Shown one piece after another: positions 34,781 to 43,828 of a stretch of 64,000 nt of DNA (positions are counted from its first letter, which is position 1; the number at the start of each line of letters is the position of its first letter). The notes beneath the pieces were generated by a model, which saw only the letters and a program-made list of their open reading frames with translations, was not told where the DNA came from and did not search any database. Both the position numbers and the translations under genes were made by a program. Origin of the DNA: Candidatus Kaiserbacteria bacterium RIFCSPHIGHO2_01_FULL_53_29 (GTDB lineage: Bacteria; Patescibacteriota; Minisyncoccia; Phycocordibacterales; UBA2100); NCBI GenBank assembly GCA_001781125.1, contig MFKT01000021.1:5178-69177 (forward strand), read 5' to 3'.

Positions 34781-35293
34781 ATGACTAAGCCGGTAATAGC
34801 CGCGGTCGTGGCGATAGGGAAGAACCGCGAGCTTGGAAAGGCGGGCAAGCTTCTGTGGCACATTCCGGATGATTTAAAGCGATTTAAGGAGCTGACGCTC
34901 GGGCACCCCATCATCATGGGTCGCAAGACATTTGAATCAATCCTCGGCTATACCCAGGGCAAGCCGCTGCCGGAGCGAACGAACATAGTCGTTACCCGTC
35001 ATAACGACTTCGTAAGTCGTTATGACAATGTTGTTATTGCGCATTCGTTGGAGGAGGGGATAGAAAAAGCCAAGGCATTGGACAATGTGGAAATCCATAT
35101 CGGCGGGGGAGCGGAGATCTACGAACAAGCCCTCGCTAGAATAGACAAGCTCTACCTGACTCTCATTGATGCGGAAGGTGAAGCCGATTCGTTTTTCCCC
35201 GCGTACGAAACCGAATTCACCAAAAAAGTATTTGAAGAAGAGCACGAGTGGAACGGCATCAAGTACCGCTTCGTAGATTTGGAGCGGCCATAA
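34781..35293 (+). CDS. folA: Dihydrofolate reductase
   Basis: L.WHIPDDLKRFK..T, IMGRKTFESI, PLP.RTNIVVT, IGGGAEIY, D.FFP. Confidence 0.95.
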   Translation: MTKPVIAAVVAIGKNRELGKAGKLLWHIPDDLKRFKELTLGHPIIMGRKTFESILGYTQGKPLPERTNIVVTRHNDFVSRYDNVVIAHSLEEGIEKAKALDNVEIHIGGGAEIYEQALARIDKLYLTLIDAEGEADSFFPAYETEFTKKVFEEEHEWNGIKYRFVDLERP

Positions 35294-35366
35294 AAGAAAG
35301 GAACCCCGAGCCATCGCACTGCGCGACGACAAGAGGTTCCTAAAGGTGTGCGGGAGTGCCATTCGT

Positions 35367-36575
35367 CTAGCTGCGTTTACGGTGTTGCCACCAACACGCA
35401 GCAAAGATGAGAATGAATACGCCCGCCGAGACGAAAGCCGCTTCACGCGACGCGAAGGACACGACATGAGCCCCGATCAAGAGCCCAAGAGATGAGCCGA
35501 CGTGGTGGCCGATCGCATCCCATGAGGCTGCGGTTGCCCGGAGCCTGTCGTCGTTGATGTTGCGGTGAAGGAACGCCAGCATGACAGGGATGAACGCACC
35601 CCGCCCGGCCTGATAGAGCAGGTAGAACGTTAGCGAGTCTTCGTAGTTGCCCGCCAACGCCGTCCCGACGAGGCCGACGCCGACCACAATGAGACAGATC
35701 AACAACGTCTTTCGGTCGTACATCTCGAAACCGAAAAGCCGCGGGACCATCACGACCAACATGCCTAAGCCGTTGGCCATCGATGCCCACACCCAGACGT
35801 TGCCCAGTTGCTCCTTGCCCGGCAGCCATTGCAGAAAGTGTGGCTGCCAGAGCATGTTGGCGATCATGAGCGTGCCGTACATGCCAGCAACGGCCAGCGC
35901 TCCTGACCAGATCTTTTTGTTGTTGCGCCCGTATGCCGCCCCGTCGCGTGCGGTTTGTTTCCATGCGCAGAGGAGTTCTCTGATCGGTATACGTCCGCGC
36001 TCTTCGACGTCTTTCTCCGCCATTACCACATAAGCCACAATGGCGATGGCGAGGTAGCACACAGCCGAGAGAAACCACGGGATCTGCATCGTTGTCCCTG
36101 CGAGGAACCTGATGCCGACGAATCCCGCGAGTCCGCCAATGAGGCATTTCAGGAACTCGACCATGGTGAAGTAGAGGTCGAACTTTTCCTTCGGCACACC
36201 CTCTTGGTTGAGTTGCGTGACGAACCACGTAGTCAAGGTCCCGTTCGCGAGAGCTGCGCCAACGCCACCGACGGTGGCTGCAAACGCGAACAGGTAGAAG
36301 TTGTCTGCGAGCCCGTAGGCTGCCATGCTGACGGCGTTGAGTCCGCACGCCAGCAAGAAAGCTCTCTTACGCCCTCCGACATCCGTCCACGCTCCCGCCA
36401 ACATTGTGATTGACGTGAGCGCGATGAAGTAGAAGGCGTAGGCGATCATTGCTGATCGCTCGTCGAGCCCACCTCGCCTCATGAGATAGGTTACGAACAT
36501 CGCCGACGTCAAGTTGACGGCGATGCAGTAGAGCGCTGCGAGACCAAAGTATCGCAGCGTGAACATCCGTACCAT
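35367..36575 (-). CDS. MFS transporter
   Basis: About 12 hydrophobic segments; GAWTD.GGRK motif-A-like loop. Confidence 0.85.
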   Translation of the reverse strand: MVRMFTLRYFGLAALYCIAVNLTSAMFVTYLMRRGGLDERSAMIAYAFYFIALTSITMLAGAWTDVGGRKRAFLLACGLNAVSMAAYGLADNFYLFAFAATVGGVGAALANGTLTTWFVTQLNQEGVPKEKFDLYFTMVEFLKCLIGGLAGFVGIRFLAGTTMQIPWFLSAVCYLAIAIVAYVVMAEKDVEERGRIPIRELLCAWKQTARDGAAYGRNNKKIWSGALAVAGMYGTLMIANMLWQPHFLQWLPGKEQLGNVWVWASMANGLGMLVVMVPRLFGFEMYDRKTLLICLIVVGVGLVGTALAGNYEDSLTFYLLYQAGRGAFIPVMLAFLHRNINDDRLRATAASWDAIGHHVGSSLGLLIGAHVVSFASREAAFVSAGVFILIFAACWWQHRKRS

Positions 36576-36722
36576 TACCAGTACTCCCGCGTTTCTGTTT
36601 TTGGACTGTGCTGCACTTAGAGCCGTGGCAGCACATTACGGCACTAATCGAAGATTATACGATTAAAATACACTTCGTCAAGTATTCGTAGGGATGACTT
36701 ACAGCGCGTTATACTGAATAAG

Positions 36723-37388
36723 ATGGGACAGGAACAATGGATACCAAACCAAGAACGCGGAGAGCGGAGGAAAGAGCACTTCGAAAGACGCGAACTGGCA
36801 CATGAGGAAAGGGAATCAGCACGAAAGGTAGAGATCAGTGAATTACAGAAACTTGCGAATGTAGACCCGCTGACTGGCCTGTTAAATCGAAGGGGTTTTG
36901 AAACACATATCAGTGTCCTGATGGCTCAGCCGCCAGAAGGGCAACGAGGAGAGAAATCACAACGCATTGCGCTCATCGCCTGCGATATAGATCACTTTAA
37001 AGAGATCAACGATAGATACGGACACGACGCTGGCGACCATGTTTTGCAGGAGATAGCGCCCCTTTTAAGATCGGCGGTGAGAGATACTGACTGCGTTGCA
37101 CGAATGGGAGGAGAAGAATTTGTGCTTGTCCTGCCAGGCGCAACGGAGAAAAAGGCTGTTGAAATCGCTGAGCGCCTACGTCAGACAATTGAAGAACAGC
37201 CTGTCGCATTGGGAAACGAGTCGTCAGTTCGCGTGACCGTAAGTTTTGGAGTCGCGTATACGGATCTGCGTGAGGAATTTCCACAAATCATTAAACAGGC
37301 TGACGAAGCACTGTATCAAGCTAAAGAATCGGGCAGAAACAAGGTCTGGCTAAACGGCTCATCTGGAGAGACTCCGAAGAACCTGTAG
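36723..37388 (+). CDS. Diguanylate cyclase (GGDEF domain)
   Basis: DPLTGLLNRR, DIDHFK.IND.YGH..GD, RxxD I-site, GGEEF, ADEALY.AK..GRN. Confidence 0.93.
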   Translation: MGQEQWIPNQERGERRKEHFERRELAHEERESARKVEISELQKLANVDPLTGLLNRRGFETHISVLMAQPPEGQRGEKSQRIALIACDIDHFKEINDRYGHDAGDHVLQEIAPLLRSAVRDTDCVARMGGEEFVLVLPGATEKKAVEIAERLRQTIEEQPVALGNESSVRVTVSFGVAYTDLREEFPQIIKQADEALYQAKESGRNKVWLNGSSGETPKNL

Positions 37389-37415
37389 ATTCGAATATAT
37401 AATCGCTACGCACCA

Positions 37416-37469
37416 GAAAATATTCGACCTCGCGGTCCCATTGAAGGGATCCCGCGAGGTCGTATTTTC
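37416..37469. terminator. Stem-loop between convergent genes
   Basis: GAAAATA..CGACCTCGCGG / CCGCGAGGTCG-TATTTTC inverted repeat. Confidence 0.6.
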
Positions 37470-37493
37470 GTCATCACGCTGGATTCTCGGGAG

Positions 37494-37730
37494 TCAGTCT
37501 TCCCTGATCAACCCCACGAAGTTGCCAACGGCTATGACCCCGAAGCAAACCGCTGCGATGAACGGACGCCACTCGGCGGTCGTCCATTGGCGCATGTCCG
37601 GTACTTGTGGGTCGACGGTGGTAACAATCGCACCAAAGCCGCAGACCGCCATCACCAGCATTACAAGGCAGAATCCTCTACCCATACGCACCTCCATGTG
37701 CTTGTGGCGAGTTCTGAAATGATACAACAT
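37494..37730 (-). CDS. Small two-helix membrane protein; start may be later
   Basis: Two hydrophobic segments; fills the gap between genes. Confidence 0.45.
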   Translation of the reverse strand: MLYHFRTRHKHMEVRMGRGFCLVMLVMAVCGFGAIVTTVDPQVPDMRQWTTAEWRPFIAAVCFGVIAVGNFVGLIRED

Positions 37731-37799
37731 CTCTTAGTCTCCGTCAAATCCTATGTATTTATATTGGCGTCGGGGACAGACAGGCTTTTTGACACGTAA

Positions 37800-38840
37800 T
37801 TACTTTGCGAGACTTTTGAGAACTTTTAGATACAGATTTTCAACTATTTTCTGCTGCGCTTGGCCGGTTTTGACGTAGTGGTCAAGGCCTGGGGCGGCGT
37901 TGATTTCGAGGACCCAATACTTATTCGGCTTGTCAGTAATCGTTCCATCCACCATGAGATCGACGCCGCAGAGGCGCAGGCCCATGTCGCGAGTGAGCTT
38001 GATCGCGAGCTTTTTGAATGCCGGATGAATTTGTTTTGTTACATCTACTGAATCCCCGCCGCTTGAGAGATTTGCGTTGTCGAGAAGAAACACTTGCTCA
38101 CCGCGGGAGGGAATATTTACCAAGGACCGTCCTTGGTATTTCAGTTTTGCGGCGATGCGCGGGTCGTTGAGCTTGATACGTGTGTCGCGGCTGGAGGCGA
38201 TAAACTCGCGGGATTTTTTTGCGAGCAGTTGTTTGATGGTTGAGTGGCCGTTCCCCACGACGTTGAGGGGAATTCGCTCGTATGCCGAAATGACTTCTTT
38301 GTCCAAAACGACGATGCGATAATCTTTGCCAGTGACTACTCGTTGCACGAGCGCGACACGGTCGTGTTTGAAAATCGCGCGCATCGCGCGATAAAATTCT
38401 TTTTTGTTGCGGACAAGGGCTACGTCGATGCCTTGTGTCCCGCTATTGGGTTTGACGATAACGGGGAAACTCTTCGACGAGCTCAGGGCAAGGCCGAGCC
38501 GTCGCGCATAGCGGTAGGCTGCATGGATATTTCGCTTTGACTCGATCGCTTTGCACCATTCATCGGAAAAGAATGTTTTGCCCGGAATCGTCGGGTAACC
38601 CATGCGGCGCATGAAGAAATTTGCATAGCCCTTGTCCTTGGCGATGTCTGAAGCGCCGACCGGATTGAGGTCGAGCGTGTTGTAGCGGAAATAACGGTTC
38701 AAGCCATTCTTGTAGCGGATCTGCCCGGCAATATTCCACTCGGGCTCGAGGGTGACATGCGCACCGATGCGACGGGCTAGTTTTTTCAACATTCCTGCGA
38801 GCACTAGGTGTTCCGACTTTCTCCTCATGTGCGTTATCAT
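37800..38840 (-). CDS. ATP-grasp ligase (cyanophycin synthetase/GshAB-like domain)
   Basis: AKDK, FPVIVKP..G.QG, DYRIVV, ANLSSGG, CGVDL, LEINAAPG. Confidence 0.85.
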   Translation of the reverse strand: MITHMRRKSEHLVLAGMLKKLARRIGAHVTLEPEWNIAGQIRYKNGLNRYFRYNTLDLNPVGASDIAKDKGYANFFMRRMGYPTIPGKTFFSDEWCKAIESKRNIHAAYRYARRLGLALSSSKSFPVIVKPNSGTQGIDVALVRNKKEFYRAMRAIFKHDRVALVQRVVTGKDYRIVVLDKEVISAYERIPLNVVGNGHSTIKQLLAKKSREFIASSRDTRIKLNDPRIAAKLKYQGRSLVNIPSRGEQVFLLDNANLSSGGDSVDVTKQIHPAFKKLAIKLTRDMGLRLCGVDLMVDGTITDKPNKYWVLEINAAPGLDHYVKTGQAQQKIVENLYLKVLKSLAK

Positions 38841-38864
38841 GCCACAATGGCTCGCCGCAAATGC

Positions 38865-38892
38865 TTGACTTTTTTCGCAGAAGTAGTATCAT
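38865..38892 (+). promoter_or_regulatory. Sigma70-like promoter giving a near-leaderless purL transcript
   Basis: TTGACT-16 nt-TATCAT, 5 nt before ATG 38898. Confidence 0.55.
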
Positions 38893-38897
38893 GAACC

Positions 38898-41864
38898 ATG
38901 GTAAATCGCATTGCAGTCTCATCAAAGATCGAAGATGCACGCGCCAGAAGCTATCTCCACACACTCAAAAATTTGTTTCCCAAAAGCGGCCTCACGGCCG
39001 CTTCTGTCGTTCAGGCCTACACGGTCGATGCTCAAGTATCAGCACCAGATCTTGAGGAAGCTGCGCAACGGCTCACCAACCCAATAACGGAGGTTTCCTC
39101 CGTAGAGAATATTCCGACACCACAGACATACGCGTATGCGATTGAGATAGGATACCTGCCGGGCGTCACCGACAATGTAGGGCGCACGGCGCGCGAGACG
39201 ATAGAAGACTGCCTCGGCAAGAAATTCAAAGACGACGAGCACGTGTATTCGTCCGTCTTTATTTTCCTTGAAGGAAAGATAGAGGCGCGCGAAGCTGGAA
39301 GCTTCGCGCGCGAACTCCATAATCCGCTCATCGAGCGGGCAACTGTTTTTGCAGCGGGAAAGAAGTTTCCCGTCATCGTCCCACAAGTCAGACTTGTGGG
39401 GAAAACCCATACCAGCGAGATCGATCTCGATGTCTCAGACGAAGAATTGCGGAAGATGAGCAAAGAAGGAATCGAAGGGAGAGGCCCGCTCGCGCTCCCG
39501 CTCGCTTCGATGAAAGTGATACGCGGCCATTTTAAGAAATTAGGTCGCAATCCCACCGACGTCGAGCTCGAATCACTTGCGCAGACGTGGTCCGAGCACT
39601 GCAAGCACACGATATTTGCCGATCCGCTCGACGAAATAAAAGAGGGGATTTACCGCCGCTACATCAAGGGCGCAACGGAGAGAATACGAAAAGCAAAAGG
39701 CAAGAAGGATTTCTGCGTCTCGGTGTTCAAGGATAATTCGGGCGCCATTGCATTTGATGACAAGTATCTCGTAACGCACAAAGTGGAGACGCACAATTCT
39801 CCTTCGGGTCTCGACCCATTCGGCGGTTCCGTCACCGCCATTGTCGGCGTCAACCGTGATTGCCTCGGATTCGGGCTTGGCGCGAAACCGATCGCCAACA
39901 CCTATGGTTTCTGCGTCGAGGACCCGAACGACGCAACGGAATTGTTTAGAGATAAAGGTAAGCAACAGCCTCTCCTCCCTGCGCGCCGCATTCTCGAGGG
40001 CGTCGTCAAGGGCATCAATGCGGGAGGCAATCAAAGCGGCATCCCCACACCTCTTGGATTCGTTGCCGTTGATCCGTCCTATCGCGGCAAGCCGCTCGTC
40101 TTCGGCGGCACCGTCGGCCTGATCCCGCGTAAAAGCCCTGCGGGCTCACGCGGCTCCGCCCGTAAACTATATGCAAAACGTGCGCGACCGGGCGACTACA
40201 TCGTGATGCTCGGCGGACGTGTCGGACTCGATGGCATCCACGGCGCCACGTTCTCGTCCGAATCGCTCTCTGCCGGTTCGCCCGCGACAGCGGTTCAGAT
40301 AGGCGATCCCATCACCCAGAAAAAACTTTCCGACATGCTCATACGCGAAGCACGCGACGCGGGGCTGTACAACTCCATCACCGATGACGGCGCAGGCGGG
40401 CTCTCCGGTTCAGTGGGCGAAATGGCACGTGAAAGTGGAGGAGCGCAAGTCGACCTCGAGAAAGTCCCGCTCAAATATCCAGGCCTTGCGCCTTGGCAAA
40501 TATGGCTCTCCGAATCTCAAGAGCGTATGACGCTTGCGGTGCCGAGGGGAAAATGGTCTGCATTCAAAAAGATATGCGATAGACACGATGTCGAAGCCAC
40601 ATGCATCGGAGAGTTTACGAAATCGAAGCGTTGTATCGTTCGGCACAACGGAAAGTCTGTTATGGACATTGCGCTCGACTTTCTGCACGAAGGCAGGCCT
40701 GTCGAGCAGCAAAAAAGTGTCAGGCCGAGAAACCATCAAGGCGACGCCTCGGTGGTTGGAAGGGGAAAGACCGATCTCGCGGAAGCGCTTCTGCGAATGC
40801 TTTCGGGACCAAACGTCGGTTCAATTTCGTTCATTTCACAACAATACGACCACGAAGTGCAGGGCACGTCCGTGACGAAGCCTTTGCAGGGAAGGGGGCG
40901 GGTCAATGCGGATGCAGCTGTTTTGCAGCCGTTATCGGATTCACAAAAGGGCATCGTACTCGCACATGGTTATGCGCCTCGGTATTCGCAGATTGATACG
41001 TATGCGATGGCAGCCGCTTCTATCGATACAGCGGTACGCAACGCCATCGCTGCCGGAGCTTCTCTCGAGTACCTCGCCATTCTCGACAATTTCTGCTGGT
41101 CCTCGAGCGAGAAACCGGAACGACTCTACGAGCTGAAACAATCCGCCAAAGCTTGCTACGACACTGCGGTCGCCTACGGCACGCCATTTATTTCCGGCAA
41201 GGACAGTATGTTCAACGATTTCCGCGGATATGATTCGAAGGGGAAAAATGTCCACATCGCGGCATTGCCGACACTGCTCGTCTCTGCGATAGGGGTTATT
41301 CCCGATGTATCGAAAGCGATGACACTCGACTTCAAGCGTGTGGGTGACCTCGTGTATCTTATCGGGGAAACGAATGATGAACTGGGCGCATCGGCATATT
41401 TCTCGATGCCTGAAGAAATTGGACGTCCGACGTCCAATTTTGGGGGGCAGGTCCCGTGTGTAGATACGAAGAAGAATTCAAAAGCCTACGGAGCAGTATC
41501 GAAGGCAATACAAAAAGGACTCGTGGCTTCTGCTATTGGCGTGGGGCGCGGCGGACTCGCCGTCGCACTCGCCAAATCTGCAGTTGCAGGGCAGCTCGGC
41601 GTTCAGGCCGACCTCACCAAACTCCGCGGCAGCGCTAAAAGTGCAGAAGCGATTCTTTTTTCTGAAAGCCAAGGGCGCATGCTTCTTTCTGTGCCGCGCA
41701 GCGCGCAAAAGGAATTTGAGAAAGTATGTCAAGGCGTCGCCTTGACACAGATAGGAGAGGTAATCCAACCCGCATCAGTATCTATCGAACTGCCGAAGGC
41801 AAAAGTCGAATTGCCACTTTCCGCGCTGACCGAAAGCTACAGGTCGTTCTTCAAGAATTGGTAA
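38898..41864 (+). CDS. purL: FGAM synthase synthetase subunit with fused N-terminal PurS-like region
   Basis: LPGVTD, QTWSEHCKH, KVETHNSPS, DGIHGATFSS, GAGGLS, SESQERM, SGKDS. Confidence 0.93.
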   Translation: MVNRIAVSSKIEDARARSYLHTLKNLFPKSGLTAASVVQAYTVDAQVSAPDLEEAAQRLTNPITEVSSVENIPTPQTYAYAIEIGYLPGVTDNVGRTARETIEDCLGKKFKDDEHVYSSVFIFLEGKIEAREAGSFARELHNPLIERATVFAAGKKFPVIVPQVRLVGKTHTSEIDLDVSDEELRKMSKEGIEGRGPLALPLASMKVIRGHFKKLGRNPTDVELESLAQTWSEHCKHTIFADPLDEIKEGIYRRYIKGATERIRKAKGKKDFCVSVFKDNSGAIAFDDKYLVTHKVETHNSPSGLDPFGGSVTAIVGVNRDCLGFGLGAKPIANTYGFCVEDPNDATELFRDKGKQQPLLPARRILEGVVKGINAGGNQSGIPTPLGFVAVDPSYRGKPLVFGGTVGLIPRKSPAGSRGSARKLYAKRARPGDYIVMLGGRVGLDGIHGATFSSESLSAGSPATAVQIGDPITQKKLSDMLIREARDAGLYNSITDDGAGGLSGSVGEMARESGGAQVDLEKVPLKYPGLAPWQIWLSESQERMTLAVPRGKWSAFKKICDRHDVEATCIGEFTKSKRCIVRHNGKSVMDIALDFLHEGRPVEQQKSVRPRNHQGDASVVGRGKTDLAEALLRMLSGPNVGSISFISQQYDHEVQGTSVTKPLQGRGRVNADAAVLQPLSDSQKGIVLAHGYAPRYSQIDTYAMAAASIDTAVRNAIAAGASLEYLAILDNFCWSSSEKPERLYELKQSAKACYDTAVAYGTPFISGKDSMFNDFRGYDSKGKNVHIAALPTLLVSAIGVIPDVSKAMTLDFKRVGDLVYLIGETNDELGASAYFSMPEEIGRPTSNFGGQVPCVDTKKNSKAYGAVSKAIQKGLVASAIGVGRGGLAVALAKSAVAGQLGVQADLTKLRGSAKSAEAILFSESQGRMLLSVPRSAQKEFEKVCQGVALTQIGEVIQPASVSIELPKAKVELPLSALTESYRSFFKNW

Positions 41865-41866
41865 CT

Positions 41867-42643
41867 ATGAAAAAACCACACGTCATCATATTTTCGGGAT
41901 ACGGACTCAACACCGAGGATGAAACGAAGGCCGCATTTCAGTCGGTGGGAGCAACCGCAGACATCATCCACCTCAACGACATCATTGCAAAACCGGCGGT
42001 ACTCGATAAGGCACAGATAATTGTATTTCCCGGTGGATTCTCATATGGCGATGACACAGGGAGTGGCAAGGCATACGGCAATCGGCTCAAGCAGCACCTC
42101 GGCAGAGAAATCGAGAAGTTTCTCGCGCGCGACACGCTTCTTATCGGCATTTGCAATGGCTTCCAGATAATCACGAGCGCGGGCATCTTGCCCGGCGCAC
42201 TTGTCGCCAACGACTCGGCTCGATACCAATGCCGGTGGGTCGATCTGAAAGTACAGGGGAATAGCCCGTGGCTCAAAGGTATCAAAATGCTGTCAGTCCC
42301 GATTGCACACGGGGAGGGAAAATATTATGCACCGCGAGAGACATTGGATACTCTCAAAAACGAAAACGCGATCTCGCTCAAATACGTCGCAGGCGAGACT
42401 TCCAAACATTTCGACATGCCCGCCAATCCAAACGGCTCGCTCGAAAATATCGCGGGCATAACGGGTTACGGTGGACGAGTGCTCGGGCTCATGCCACACC
42501 CCGAGCGCGCGGTGCGCTTTACCCAGCTTCCGCATTGGACGTGGCTCAAAGAGGAGTATGTGCGAAATGGCAAGGAGCTGCCGACCGAAGGTCCAGGAAT
42601 CCAAATCTTTAAAAATGCGGTCAACTACTTCAACCATGATTAA
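41867..42643 (+). CDS. purQ: FGAM synthase glutaminase subunit
   Basis: PGGFSYGD, GICNGFQ, AHGEG, NPNGS, MPHPER. Confidence 0.95.
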   Translation: MKKPHVIIFSGYGLNTEDETKAAFQSVGATADIIHLNDIIAKPAVLDKAQIIVFPGGFSYGDDTGSGKAYGNRLKQHLGREIEKFLARDTLLIGICNGFQIITSAGILPGALVANDSARYQCRWVDLKVQGNSPWLKGIKMLSVPIAHGEGKYYAPRETLDTLKNENAISLKYVAGETSKHFDMPANPNGSLENIAGITGYGGRVLGLMPHPERAVRFTQLPHWTWLKEEYVRNGKELPTEGPGIQIFKNAVNYFNHD

Positions 42644-43295
42644 ACTCGTCGTCTTTGATTGGAATGGGGTACTTATCGCCGACACACAGGCCATCCTCGA
42701 CACGGACAACGACCTCCTGCGAAGTTTGGGTCGCCGTCCGATTAGCATGCAAAAGTACAGGGACATCTTTACAATGCCAGTCAAAGATTTCTTTTTTGCG
42801 CTCGGATTCACCGAAGCGGAGATGCGCAAAGATGCGAAGAAAATACAGGAAACATTCCACCGCCTCTATGAGCCCCGCGCTGCACGGCTTCGTACTCGTG
42901 GCGGCGCACGCTACTTGCTCGCGTGGCTCAAGAGCCGCGGTATCAGTGCGACGATATTGAGCAATCACACTAAGGAGGGACTCAAGGTCCAGTTGAACCG
43001 GCTTGGCATCGCGCATTATTTCGATAAAGTCATCACGAACGACAAGCATCAGACGATGGCCCAGAAAAACAAGGCCGTAAAGCTTCGTGACCTTGTTAAA
43101 AAGTCCGGTCTGAAGCGCAGTGAGATACTTATCATCGGTGATTCACCCGAAGAAGTGGAGGCGGGAAGGGCGGCGGGCGTTCGCACCGTTTCCCTGACCG
43201 GCGGTTACTATTCGACAAAGCGCCTTGAAAAAGCGAAACCTGACCATCTCATTCACACGCTTACAAGACTTATTGATATTATTAAGAAGGTATAA
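42636..43295 (+). CDS. HAD-family phosphatase within the pur operon
   Basis: FDWNGVL, LSN, K, IGDS..E motifs. Confidence 0.85.
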   Translation: MIKLVVFDWNGVLIADTQAILDTDNDLLRSLGRRPISMQKYRDIFTMPVKDFFFALGFTEAEMRKDAKKIQETFHRLYEPRAARLRTRGGARYLLAWLKSRGISATILSNHTKEGLKVQLNRLGIAHYFDKVITNDKHQTMAQKNKAVKLRDLVKKSGLKRSEILIIGDSPEEVEAGRAAGVRTVSLTGGYYSTKRLEKAKPDHLIHTLTRLIDIIKKV

Positions 43296-43828
43296 TGAAC
43301 ATTATGAAACCACTCGTCGGCATATTAATGGGCTCGGATTCGGATCTTCCCATTATGCAGGAGGCAGCGAAGGTTTTGGAGGAATTCGGGATCGGCTCGG
43401 AAGTGCACACGCTCTCCGCGCATCGAACGCCGGAGGCGGTCGTCGAGTATGTGAAGGCGAGTGAGACGAGCGGATATAAGGTATTTATTTGCGGCGCCGG
43501 AGGCGCCGCGCATTTGGCCGGCGTTGTTGCGGCACACACCGCACTCCCTGTCATTGGCGTTCCTATCATGAATAAGACCGCCGCTGGCGTTGACGCGTTA
43601 TTTGCCACCGTTCAGATGCCACCGGGCATCCCCGTGGCGACCGTCGCCATCAACGGAGCAAAAAATGCCGGCATTCTAGCCGCGCAGATAATCGGGACAG
43701 GAGATACCAACATACTTAAGAATGTTGGTATGTACAAAGAAAAAATGGCGAAGGACGTTGTTGCCAAAGACGAGAAACTTCAGGAGAAGGGCTTCAAAAA
43801 ATATCTTGAAGAACAGGGTCTTATATGA
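43295..43828 (+). CDS. purE: N5-CAIR mutase / AIR carboxylase
   Basis: MGSDSD, SAHRTP, AGGAAHL, PVIGVP, VQMPPGIPVATV. Confidence 0.97.
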   Translation: MNIMKPLVGILMGSDSDLPIMQEAAKVLEEFGIGSEVHTLSAHRTPEAVVEYVKASETSGYKVFICGAGGAAHLAGVVAAHTALPVIGVPIMNKTAAGVDALFATVQMPPGIPVATVAINGAKNAGILAAQIIGTGDTNILKNVGMYKEKMAKDVVAKDEKLQEKGFKKYLEEQGLI

